Below are positions 17,696 through 24,841 of a stretch of 52,744 bases of DNA, piece by piece. Within the stretch, counting starts at the first letter, position 1. Each line of letters starts with the position of its first letter. The position numbers were made by a program, and so were the translations under genes. The notes below the pieces were generated by a model. That model worked only from the letters and a program-made list of their open reading frames with translations, was not told where the DNA came from and made no database searches. The stretch is from an uncultured Gammaproteobacteria bacterium (GTDB taxonomy: Bacteria; Patescibacteriota; Patescibacteriia; Patescibacteriales; UBA12465): NCBI GenBank assembly GCA_964394905.1, contig CAYMZF010000002.1:1-52744 (forward strand), read 5' to 3'.

Positions 17696-17821
17696 TTTGC
17701 CTAAACTTCTCTTGGGAGCATGGCAAAAAGTCCACGAAAGCAAAAATGGTCTTCTGACCGGTTTTTAGCTTTCGTGGCGCATATCTAAAAGATGTGTTAA
17801 TCGTGTCGGGGGACCTTTTTT
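17696..17821 (+). ncRNA. candidate structured RNA / structured 5' leader at the left edge of the island
   Basis: A locally GC-enriched ~125 nt in otherwise very AT-rich DNA.
- Stem TTTGCC (17696-17701) with GGCAAA (17722-17727).
- A long nested hairpin: CCACGAAAGC (17732-17741) with GCTTTCGTGG (17768-17777), extended by A5/T5 and GGTC-ttct-GACC.
- Hairpin CATATCT-aaa-AGATGTG (17780-17796).
- A short GTC-gggg-GAC stem followed by T6 (17816-17821). Confidence 0.4.
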
Positions 17822-17840
17822 GGTTTCTTACATTAATAAT

Positions 17841-17951
17841 ATGGATAATTTGGTAACAACTATTATCGAGTGGGTGTACATAATACTCTTATTTTTAGTT
17901 TTTGGACAAGTCTATAAAACATACGACGAGTATAAAAAAATAAAATTATAA
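17841..17951 (+). CDS. candidate 36-aa hydrophobic peptide (type I toxin-like)
   Basis: My own translation gives MDNLVTTIIEWVYIILLFLVFGQVYKTYDEYKKIKL: one TM helix plus a charged tail. It starts 20 nt after the T-run of the structured element. It is too short for the ORF track. Confidence 0.3.
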   Translation: MDNLVTTIIEWVYIILLFLVFGQVYKTYDEYKKIKL

Positions 17952-18037
17952 AAATATCAACTACTGGATTTATAGCCATCTCAATTCTGTTTTTATTATT
18001 ATCGTATTCTTTTATTTACAAACCATATTTTACAAAA

Positions 18038-18232
18038 ATGGGACAAATAATAAGAGAAACAAAAAGAGAACAAAAACTCGAGAAAAAAACTCTATATTAT
18101 GCTTGCGGTTTGCCAAAGGATAATAAACTTTATTTAAAATTATTAAAAGAGTGTAAAGAACTAGAAGTAAGAGCAGAATATGAGTCAGATTATCAAGATT
18201 GTGCTCCTAATTATATGGGTGGTTGTGATTAA
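18038..18232 (+). CDS. hypothetical 64-aa protein (four Cys, Lys/Glu rich)
   Basis: ORF only, with no recognisable motif. Located in the island. Confidence 0.35.
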   Translation: MGQIIRETKREQKLEKKTLYYACGLPKDNKLYLKLLKECKELEVRAEYESDYQDCAPNYMGGCD

Positions 18233-18292
18233 TTTTTTTCTTTTATTTATTTTTCTCAATAGTACTTAATTTTTTTAATCTTCGTTAATTTT

Positions 18293-18314
18293 TGGACACA
18301 ATATGGACACAATT
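18293..18314. repeat. tandem 11-nt direct repeat TGGACACAATA/TGGACACAATT
   Basis: Two adjacent copies, with a related AGGACAGAAAT 11 nt downstream. They sit in the 425-nt non-coding stretch upstream of the zinc-ribbon cassette. Confidence 0.6.
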
Positions 18315-18657
18315 TTTTATGTTCAGGACAGAAATAATATTTTATGAGAGATTTATTATATTTAACTTTTAAGTTGAGGGGGGAAGTTAATAAAAGATTT
18401 TATTTAATACTTTTTAAAAATATGTTATTATTAAAGTAATACTATTTGGTTAGTTCATGTAATAACCAGTTATACTCAATTTAAAAATACTTTTCTAATA
18501 GAGAATAAGGAACGATAGGCTTTTAAATAGAAATAAATTTGTTTTTTATTTATTTAAAGGTTAGCATAAAGTATTTTCTCTGTTCTGCTACAAAAAAGAT
18601 TTATTTATAAGAAGAAAATAAATATAGTACAATTATAAAATATTAATCATTAAACCT

Positions 18658-19188
18658 ATGTTTTGTGTAAATTGCGGAAGTAAAATAGAAGATGGTTCAA
18701 AATTTTGCCACAATTGCGGAATTAACATTAATATTGATTTATCTACTCCTAAAAATGTAAAGAAAACTGAACAAGTTATTAAAACCAATGTAAAAACAGA
18801 TAATACAAGAGAGTCAGCGGAAGAATATCAAGCAAAAACAAATATTAAGAGCAAAGAAGAAGCAAAAAAATATCTAAACCAATTGAGGGTACTATTTTGG
18901 ATTGTATTTTTGAGTATTGTTGTAATACGTGTTTTAGGTGAATTAGAAAGCGAGCTAGTTGCCATTTTGTCTATACCTTACATAGGGCTATTGATTTATT
19001 TTATTGTTTTTTCAGTCAAAGTTCTAAAAGCTGAAAAATTATCAAGTGTTAATGCGTTATGGTGTATATTTTTTGCTCCGATTAGCTGGTTGTATATTTA
19101 TCCGTTAATGGCTGATCCACTCAAGATAATTCTGGAAGAAAAACAGCCACCAATTCGTTTAAACGAGACAGAAAAAAACAAAAGATAG
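18658..19188 (+). CDS. zinc-ribbon membrane protein (N-terminal CxxC-N11-CxxC, Lys/Glu linker, about 3 TM segments)
   Basis: MFCVNCGSKIEDGSKFCHNCG, then hydrophobic segments VLFWIVFLSIVVIRVL, LVAILSIPYIGLLIYFIVFSV and ALWCIFFAPISWLYIYPL. Confidence 0.8.
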   Translation: MFCVNCGSKIEDGSKFCHNCGININIDLSTPKNVKKTEQVIKTNVKTDNTRESAEEYQAKTNIKSKEEAKKYLNQLRVLFWIVFLSIVVIRVLGELESELVAILSIPYIGLLIYFIVFSVKVLKAEKLSSVNALWCIFFAPISWLYIYPLMADPLKIILEEKQPPIRLNETEKNKR

Positions 19189-19295
19189 TTGAAGTTAATA
19201 AAAAATTTTAGAGAAATTTCTGGATATTTACCGGTGTTGTAGTTGGTATTTTTGCTGTTAGTTTAATTGTAATATTTTTATTAAATTAAAAAAAT

Positions 19296-20198
19296 ATGTT
19301 TTGTAAAAATTGTGGGAAAGAATTAAATGAAAATCAAAGATTTTGTATCAGTTGTGGTGTTAAATTTTCAGGTATAAATAAAGAAGAAAAAGAAGCACCA
19401 AAAGTACAATTTAAACCTGTTTCACAAAATAAAAAATTGTGGAGTGCTAGGAAAATTATTACAATTCTTGTAATACTCGCAATAATAGGAATTGGCATTT
19501 ATAATAGCCTAGATGAAGATGTAATTATTAAAAATAATGAGGGATTATCAAATTTTGATTCGGGAAATAGTCAGGTTGCAATAAATCAATTTCAACAAGC
19601 AAGCCAAGATGCAGTATCTAATGAAAATAAAATAAACTCTCTAAAAAATCTTGCTTTTGTATACACTACAGAAGGACAGAATGAACAAGCACTTAGTACT
19701 TTTAAAGAGGCATTAAATTTAACAAAAGTTAATTCTTTTGATTATTATTTAATTTCTGGTGAAATTGCTTTATTAGAATATAAACCAAATTCAGCAATTT
19801 TAAGTTATAATAAGGCATATGAGCTTGATTCAAATAATTTTCAAATAAATAATTCTCTTGCTTTATTTTATCTAGACCTTGAAGAAATTGCACCTCAGTA
19901 TACAGATTATTCTAAAGCATTGACCTATGCAAAAAAAGCATATGAATATGATTCTGAAAAATCTGAAATTTCTAAACAAAATTTAGCAATAGCATATTAT
20001 TTTAATGATAATTTTGATCAAACAATTTCTTTATTATCTACAACAAACCTTACCCAACACCCATATGCCGCTTTTTGGTTAGGACTTTCTTATTTAGAAA
20101 AAGAAGATGAAATAAATGCTCGAATTAATTTTCAAAAAGCTATAGAGGGTGGTGCAGAAATGCCACAAGAAATAATTAATTATTTAAATTCTAACTAA
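19296..20198 (+). CDS. zinc-ribbon / single-TM / TPR-repeat protein
   Basis: MFCKNCGKELNENQRFCISCG, then a TM helix at about aa 54-69 (IITILVILAIIGIGIY). After that come repeated TPR-like helices (ALSTFKEALNL, AILSYNKAYELDSNN, ALTYAKKAYEYDSE, ARINFQKAIEGG). Confidence 0.8.
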   Translation: MFCKNCGKELNENQRFCISCGVKFSGINKEEKEAPKVQFKPVSQNKKLWSARKIITILVILAIIGIGIYNSLDEDVIIKNNEGLSNFDSGNSQVAINQFQQASQDAVSNENKINSLKNLAFVYTTEGQNEQALSTFKEALNLTKVNSFDYYLISGEIALLEYKPNSAILSYNKAYELDSNNFQINNSLALFYLDLEEIAPQYTDYSKALTYAKKAYEYDSEKSEISKQNLAIAYYFNDNFDQTISLLSTTNLTQHPYAAFWLGLSYLEKEDEINARINFQKAIEGGAEMPQEIINYLNSN

Positions 20199-20204
20199 AA
20201 TAAT

Positions 20205-20579
20205 ATGTTTTGCGAAAAATGTGGAAACAAATTAAAAGAAAATCATAAATTTTGTACTGAATGCGGACATTTAAATTTAGATAAACAAGAATTTAAAAAA
20301 ACTTCCTCAAATATTTTGGAACAAAAATGGTGGTTTCGTTTAGCTAAAGTTTTATATATATTTTTATACATACCTTTGCCATTTGTTATAATTGAGGTTT
20401 GGTCAGATAACACTCCATCTCATTATTATTATGATGATTCATATAGTGAGGCATTTTGGTACTCATTACTTACTTTAGTTGTTTGGGTTGTTATCTTAAG
20501 ATTAATAAAAATTACTTTTCTTTACATAGCTTTTGGAAAAAAACCACAATGGAAAAAAGAATTTAAAAAAATTTTATAA
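20205..20579 (+). CDS. zinc-ribbon membrane protein (two TM segments)
   Basis: MFCEKCGNKLKENHKFCTECG, then WWFRLAKVLYIFLYIPLPFVIIEVW and AFWYSLLTLVVWVVILRLIKITFLYIAFG. There is a 6-nt gap to the upstream gene. Confidence 0.8.
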   Translation: MFCEKCGNKLKENHKFCTECGHLNLDKQEFKKTSSNILEQKWWFRLAKVLYIFLYIPLPFVIIEVWSDNTPSHYYYDDSYSEAFWYSLLTLVVWVVILRLIKITFLYIAFGKKPQWKKEFKKIL

Positions 20580-20581
20580 AT

Positions 20582-21040
20582 ATGATTATTTTCGGCTGGG
20601 GATACCAGACAATAAAAAACATTGGCCCAACATTTAAAAATCGTTGTAGTCACTGCAATAATGAAGATTATTGGATACTTACAAAATATATTACTTGGTT
20701 TACTTTGTTTTTTATTCCAGTCATTCCTTATTCGATTAAATATTTTTTAAGTTGCCCAATTTGCCAGTATGGCATAATTCTTGATAGTAACCAATTGGAG
20801 CAAATTAAACCAATTGCAGAAGCAAATCAATTGTTAATTGATGGAAAAATAACAGAAATAGAATATAAAGCTAAAGTTGAACAACTAGATAGCGAGGTAC
20901 CATCGGTTGAGGGTGAAGTTATTAAAGAGAAGTTTTTAAATAATACAGGAGAAACTAATAAATTTTGTTCTGAGTGTGGTACAAAAATAACCGAAGGCAC
21001 AAAATTTTGTGGTAATTGCGGCGCAAAAATTTTTAACTAA
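20582..21040 (+). CDS. membrane-embedded split zinc ribbon + SHOCT-like helix + C-terminal zinc ribbon protein
   Basis: C22xxC25 and C58xxC61 flank a hydrophobic hairpin (YITWFTLFFIPVIPY). LLIDGKITEIEYKAKVEQL resembles a SHOCT motif. The C-terminus is FCSECGTKITEGTKFCGNCG. There is a 2-nt gap to the upstream gene. Confidence 0.8.
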   Translation: MIIFGWGYQTIKNIGPTFKNRCSHCNNEDYWILTKYITWFTLFFIPVIPYSIKYFLSCPICQYGIILDSNQLEQIKPIAEANQLLIDGKITEIEYKAKVEQLDSEVPSVEGEVIKEKFLNNTGETNKFCSECGTKITEGTKFCGNCGAKIFN

Positions 21041-21045
21041 AAAGT

Positions 21046-21912
21046 ATGTTTTGTATAAAATGTGGAAACGAGATAAAAGAAAGCTCAAAATACTGTACAA
21101 AGTGTGGTAGTGAATTTTTAAATGACAAAAAAATCAAATCTAAATCAAAATTTTTTGCAAAAAGAAAATTGCTTTATATTTTCGGGGGTTTATTTATTGT
21201 TGCAATAAGTTTATATTTTTTAAATTCATTTTTTAGTACATCAAATAGTAATAATTATGATGTAGCATCTTCCGTTGTGAATATTTATTGTGAAGGTAAG
21301 GATGATGAAGAGATTATTAGTGGATCAGGAACAATATTTTCTGAAGACGGCTTGGTATTAACCAATGCTCATATAATTCCAGAAAGTGCAAAAGATGATA
21401 TTTATATTGATGACACACTATGTTTTGTTGTTTTGCCAGACCCAGTCACTGGTGCACCCGACGAAATTTATTATGCCTATCCAATATTAGATGAAAATCT
21501 AAGTGATGAGTATGATTTAGCTTTTTTACAAATTCATGATGTTTTTTATGATGAAGAAGAAGGATTGTATTATGGCGAATTTCCTAAAAAATTTCCTGCT
21601 TATGTAGATAAAAAACAATGTAGTAGTGATAGTGTAAAACTTGGTGAACCAGTAAAAATATACGGATACCCCGCAATTAGTGGCGGATATGCTCTTACAA
21701 TCACGGACGGTGTTGTTAGTAGTTTATTAGTTGATGAGGGTTTAATAATAACCTCTGCAAAAATTAGTTATGGTAATTCTGGGGGGTTAGCAGTTGATCA
21801 AAATGGATGTATGATTGGAATACCTTCAATGGTAACTGGAGATGAAAACGAAAGTTTGGGCGTAATCATTTCAAACGATTTAATAAATGAATTTATTGAT
21901 AAAATCAAATAG
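21046..21912 (+). CDS. zinc-ribbon / single-TM / trypsin-like (S1, Trypsin_2-type) serine protease
   Basis: MFCIKCGNEIKESSKYCTKCG, a TM helix at about aa 41-58, and an intact catalytic triad context: LTNAH109I, EYD157LAFLQI, YGNS245GGLAV. Confidence 0.85.
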   Translation: MFCIKCGNEIKESSKYCTKCGSEFLNDKKIKSKSKFFAKRKLLYIFGGLFIVAISLYFLNSFFSTSNSNNYDVASSVVNIYCEGKDDEEIISGSGTIFSEDGLVLTNAHIIPESAKDDIYIDDTLCFVVLPDPVTGAPDEIYYAYPILDENLSDEYDLAFLQIHDVFYDEEEGLYYGEFPKKFPAYVDKKQCSSDSVKLGEPVKIYGYPAISGGYALTITDGVVSSLLVDEGLIITSAKISYGNSGGLAVDQNGCMIGIPSMVTGDENESLGVIISNDLINEFIDKIK

Positions 21913-21954
21913 ATTTTTTGGTTGGGGCAATTTACCTATAATAGCGTGTATGCG

Positions 21955-21986
21955 ATTTGGGTTTTTATGAAAAAAATCACCCAAAT
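21955..21986 (+). terminator. hairpin downstream of the protease gene (possible terminator)
   Basis: ATTTGGGT-N16-ACCCAAAT with inner T5/A5 pairing. It is followed by a T-rich stretch rather than a clean T-run. Confidence 0.35.
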
Positions 21987-22021
21987 TATTTGTTTCCTTA
22001 ATTATTAACTATTAAAAATAT

Positions 22022-22237
22022 ATGGAAAAACAAAAAAATTCTAGTACTATTAAAAAAACAATTTTCTTTGTTATATGTGCATTTTTAGTTATTGGTACTT
22101 TAGCTGGTAAAAATCTTAAATATATTACTGATTGGAGTACATCGGAATTAGTAGGTTTTAATATTTGGTCACTAATCGCCATTTTTGGCGGTGCTTATTT
22201 GATATATTTAGGTGTGAAAATAATTAATCGTTTGTAA
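22022..22237 (+). CDS. small two-TM membrane protein
   Basis: 71 aa with two hydrophobic helices (TIFFVICAFLVIGTLAG and IWSLIAIFGGAYLIYLGV). It is the last ORF of the island. Confidence 0.6.
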   Translation: MEKQKNSSTIKKTIFFVICAFLVIGTLAGKNLKYITDWSTSELVGFNIWSLIAIFGGAYLIYLGVKIINRL

Positions 22238-22588
22238 CTTCATATACATACGAACGTTTATTAAAATATTCCTTTTATTTTTTGGGCTATTACTCAATTG
22301 TCTTAAATTTTTAATTTTTTATTAATTAAAAAAGGGTAATAAGGAGTTTTTTACTACGTTTTAAAAATGATTTAATTATAGTGAGTTGTTAAGAATGTTA
22401 GATAATGAAGAAGAATAAAAATATAAAAAATAATTATTAAAAATGTCTCAAAAATTTTTAGAATTTCATATAAAAGCAAATGATTGTTTTGGTATTTTAG
22501 CCACTATATTAAGTTTAATTAGCCAAAATATAGAAAAAAATAAAAGTAGGAGTTTAAATTTAAAAGTATTAAAAAGTATTCCTCTAAT

Positions 22589-22668
22589 AGGTTTTCAACC
22601 TGATAAGATGGGTTCGACTCCCGTAGGGGTCACATTATAAAATAGGTTTTAAAACCTATTTTTTTGTT
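22589..22668. repeat. right copy of exact 80-nt direct repeat (attR-like; orphan 3' part of tRNA-Glu)
   Basis: Identical to 17481-17560. No tRNA 5' half precedes it. Confidence 0.95.
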
Positions 22669-22714
22669 TATAAAAATGATATAATTATGGCAGATTATAA
22701 TTAATAAATGAGTT

Positions 22715-23509
22715 ATGAAAAAAACAATGTTAATAAAAATAATTACCGCCATTTCTTATGTATCTATGGTTGTAATAAATATGTTAGCCAATATCTTACC
22801 CTTTAATGACAGAACTACCGGAGAGATATCAAATCTGTATCCCAATCTTTTTGCTCCGACCGCTTTAACTTTTTCTATTTGGGGACTTATTTATTTAGTA
22901 TTGGGTATTTATGTTTTATATCAATTTGGTCTTTTTCAAAAAAATAAGGGTCGAGATAAAAATAAATTATTTTTAAATATTGATCTTTACTTTATAATAA
23001 CTTGTTTGGCTAATATGTTATGGATGTTTTGTTGGCATTATGATTTTATCGGACTTTCGGTTATTTGTATAATTATTTTATTATTAGCTTTAATTAAAAT
23101 TGCTCAAATTTTAAAAAAAGAAAAATTTTCTTTTAAAGAAGAATTATTCATGGCCATGCCTTTTTATGGTTATTTCGGTTGGATTACTGTAGCAACTATC
23201 GCCAATATTTCCGTTTTTCTGGTAAGTATAAACTGGAATGGCTTCGGTTTAGCGGAAAATTATTGGACGGTTATAATGTTAATAATTGGAGCTATTATTG
23301 GAAGTATAGTAATGATTAGAGAAAAAACTTTATCATATGGAATAGTTATGATTTGGGCTTATTTAGGTATTTGGCTTAAACATATTTCTCATGCTGAATT
23401 TAATAGTAGATATCCCGAGATAATAATTACCGCAATTGTTTGTCTAGCTCCATTTTTAATAATTGAAGGATACTTGTTGTGTAAAAAATATGATAAACGT
23501 TTAAGATAG
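22715..23509 (+). CDS. multi-pass membrane protein, TspO/MBR-related (tentative)
   Basis: 264 aa with about 7 hydrophobic segments, rich in Trp and aromatic residues. The motif NDRTTGEISNLYPNLFAPTALTFSIWGLIYL resembles the long TspO-like family from memory. Confidence 0.55.
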   Translation: MKKTMLIKIITAISYVSMVVINMLANILPFNDRTTGEISNLYPNLFAPTALTFSIWGLIYLVLGIYVLYQFGLFQKNKGRDKNKLFLNIDLYFIITCLANMLWMFCWHYDFIGLSVICIIILLLALIKIAQILKKEKFSFKEELFMAMPFYGYFGWITVATIANISVFLVSINWNGFGLAENYWTVIMLIIGAIIGSIVMIREKTLSYGIVMIWAYLGIWLKHISHAEFNSRYPEIIITAIVCLAPFLIIEGYLLCKKYDKRLR

Positions 23510-23570
23510 ATAATTAAATTATAAAAAAATAGACAATTAAAAATTGTCTATTTTTGTTTGTCAAATATAA

Positions 23571-24632
23571 TTATTTATTTATTAAGAAATTACAAATATC
23601 TCCGTCGCGAACAACATAGTCTTTACCTTCGGTTTTAATTAAACCCAATTCTTTAGCTTTAATATCACCGCCGACTTCAACAAATTTTTCCCAGTTAATA
23701 ACTTCGGCGCGAACAAATCCTTTAGTAAAATCAGTATGAATTTCTCCGGCAGCTTGAGGAGCTTTAGTTCCGGTTTTAATAGTCCAAGCCCGGGTTTCGT
23801 CTTTTCCGGTGGTAAAAAAAGTTTCCAAACCTAATAATTTGTAAGAAGCTGAGATTAGTTTATCCAAACCGCTTCGGTTAATTCCTAATTCTTTCATGTA
23901 TTCGGCTTGTTCTTCTTCAGGAAGATTGGAAATTTCTTCTTCCATTTTAACGTTTAATCTGATTATCTCGCCGTCCCAAGAAAAATCAGTTTCTTTATTT
24001 AAATCATCCGAATTAAGAGCATAAATTATTGGTTTTAAAGTTAATAAGCTTAAGCTTTTAATAAATTCTTTTTCTTCTTCCTTTATTTCTAAATTTCTAG
24101 CCGCTTGACCGTCGTCTAAAACTTTTTTTATTCTTTCTAAAATTTCTTTTTCTTTGATAGCATTTTTATCGTTACCGTGGGCGTCTTTTATAGTTTTAGC
24201 TAATCTTTTTTCAACGGTTTTTATATCGGCAAAAATTAATTCCATAGTGATAGTTTCTTGATCGTCGATCGGATTGATTTCTCCGTTAACATGAATAACA
24301 TTTGGATCTTTGAAGTCTCGAACCACTTCGCAAATAGCATCGCATTCTCTAATGTGAGACAAAAATTGGTTGCCTAATCCTTCGCCGTCATGAGCTCCTT
24401 TAACTAATCCGGCGATATCAGTAAATTCAATAAAGGTCGGAATAATTTTAGCCGGTTTTGATATTTCAGCAATTTTTTCTAAGCGACTGTCCGGAACCTT
24501 TACCACTCCGACATTAGGATCAATGGTACAAAAAGGGTAATTGGAAGCTTCTACTTTCTTTTTAGTTAATACATTAAATAAAGTTGATTTGCCGACATTG
24601 GGTAGTCCGACAATTCCAATTGATAGTGACAT
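23571..24632 (-). CDS. ychF: ribosome-binding ATPase YchF (Obg-like)
   Basis: [16 protein letters not shown]-loop, DIAGLVKGA, a coiled-coil insert, and a C-terminal TGS-like region (YVVRDGDI). Confidence 0.93.
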   Translation of the reverse strand: MSLSIGIVGLPNVGKSTLFNVLTKKKVEASNYPFCTIDPNVGVVKVPDSRLEKIAEISKPAKIIPTFIEFTDIAGLVKGAHDGEGLGNQFLSHIRECDAICEVVRDFKDPNVIHVNGEINPIDDQETITMELIFADIKTVEKRLAKTIKDAHGNDKNAIKEKEILERIKKVLDDGQAARNLEIKEEEKEFIKSLSLLTLKPIIYALNSDDLNKETDFSWDGEIIRLNVKMEEEISNLPEEEQAEYMKELGINRSGLDKLISASYKLLGLETFFTTGKDETRAWTIKTGTKAPQAAGEIHTDFTKGFVRAEVINWEKFVEVGGDIKAKELGLIKTEGKDYVVRDGDICNFLINK

Positions 24633-24841
24633 ATTTTAATTTTAGTACATTCAAATTATTAATAAATCCTTAGTTTGATTTATTGTATAATATTTATTAA
24701 AAAATAACAATAATAAGAAAAAAACGATTAAACTTTTTAAACTTAAAAAAATATGATATAATAATTTCACCTTTTAATAATATTAATTATTGGTTCACTT
24801 TTAATAATTTTTTAAAAATATTTTTAGTGACTAACAATTTT

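Larger units (their letters stand above)
17481..22668 (+). mobile_element. ~5.0 kb tRNA-Glu-associated genomic island without recognisable integrase
   Basis: Exact 80-nt direct repeats bound 5028 bp. There is an intact tRNA on the left and an orphan tRNA 3' fragment on the right. All ORFs are on the + strand. CG and CCGG are much rarer than in flanking genes. No recombinase-like ORF is present in any frame of the supplied track. Confidence 0.75.

Noticed and set aside
17696-17821. Possibility that the structured element is RNase P RNA, prompted by AAAGTCCACG resembling the P4 string GGAAAGTCC.
   Set aside because: The paired region is only about 125 nt, and the rest of the RNase P core (the P4 3' strand, J3/4 and P15 modules) is not visible. 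Location inside a foreign island also argues against an essential RNA.
17561-22588. Search for an integrase, recombinase, transposase or phage structural gene in the island.
   Set aside because: No ORF of 60 aa or more on the minus strand, and none of the + strand ORFs shows R..HxxR..Y, serine-recombinase or DDE patterns. A heavily decayed pseudogene cannot be excluded by eye in such AT-rich DNA.
22443-22640. 65-aa ORF at the right end of the island.
   Set aside because: Its C-terminal third is a translation of the orphan tRNA-Glu fragment (the attR repeat). The rest has no motif. It is most likely spurious, though the 22443-22588 part could be a remnant of an island gene.
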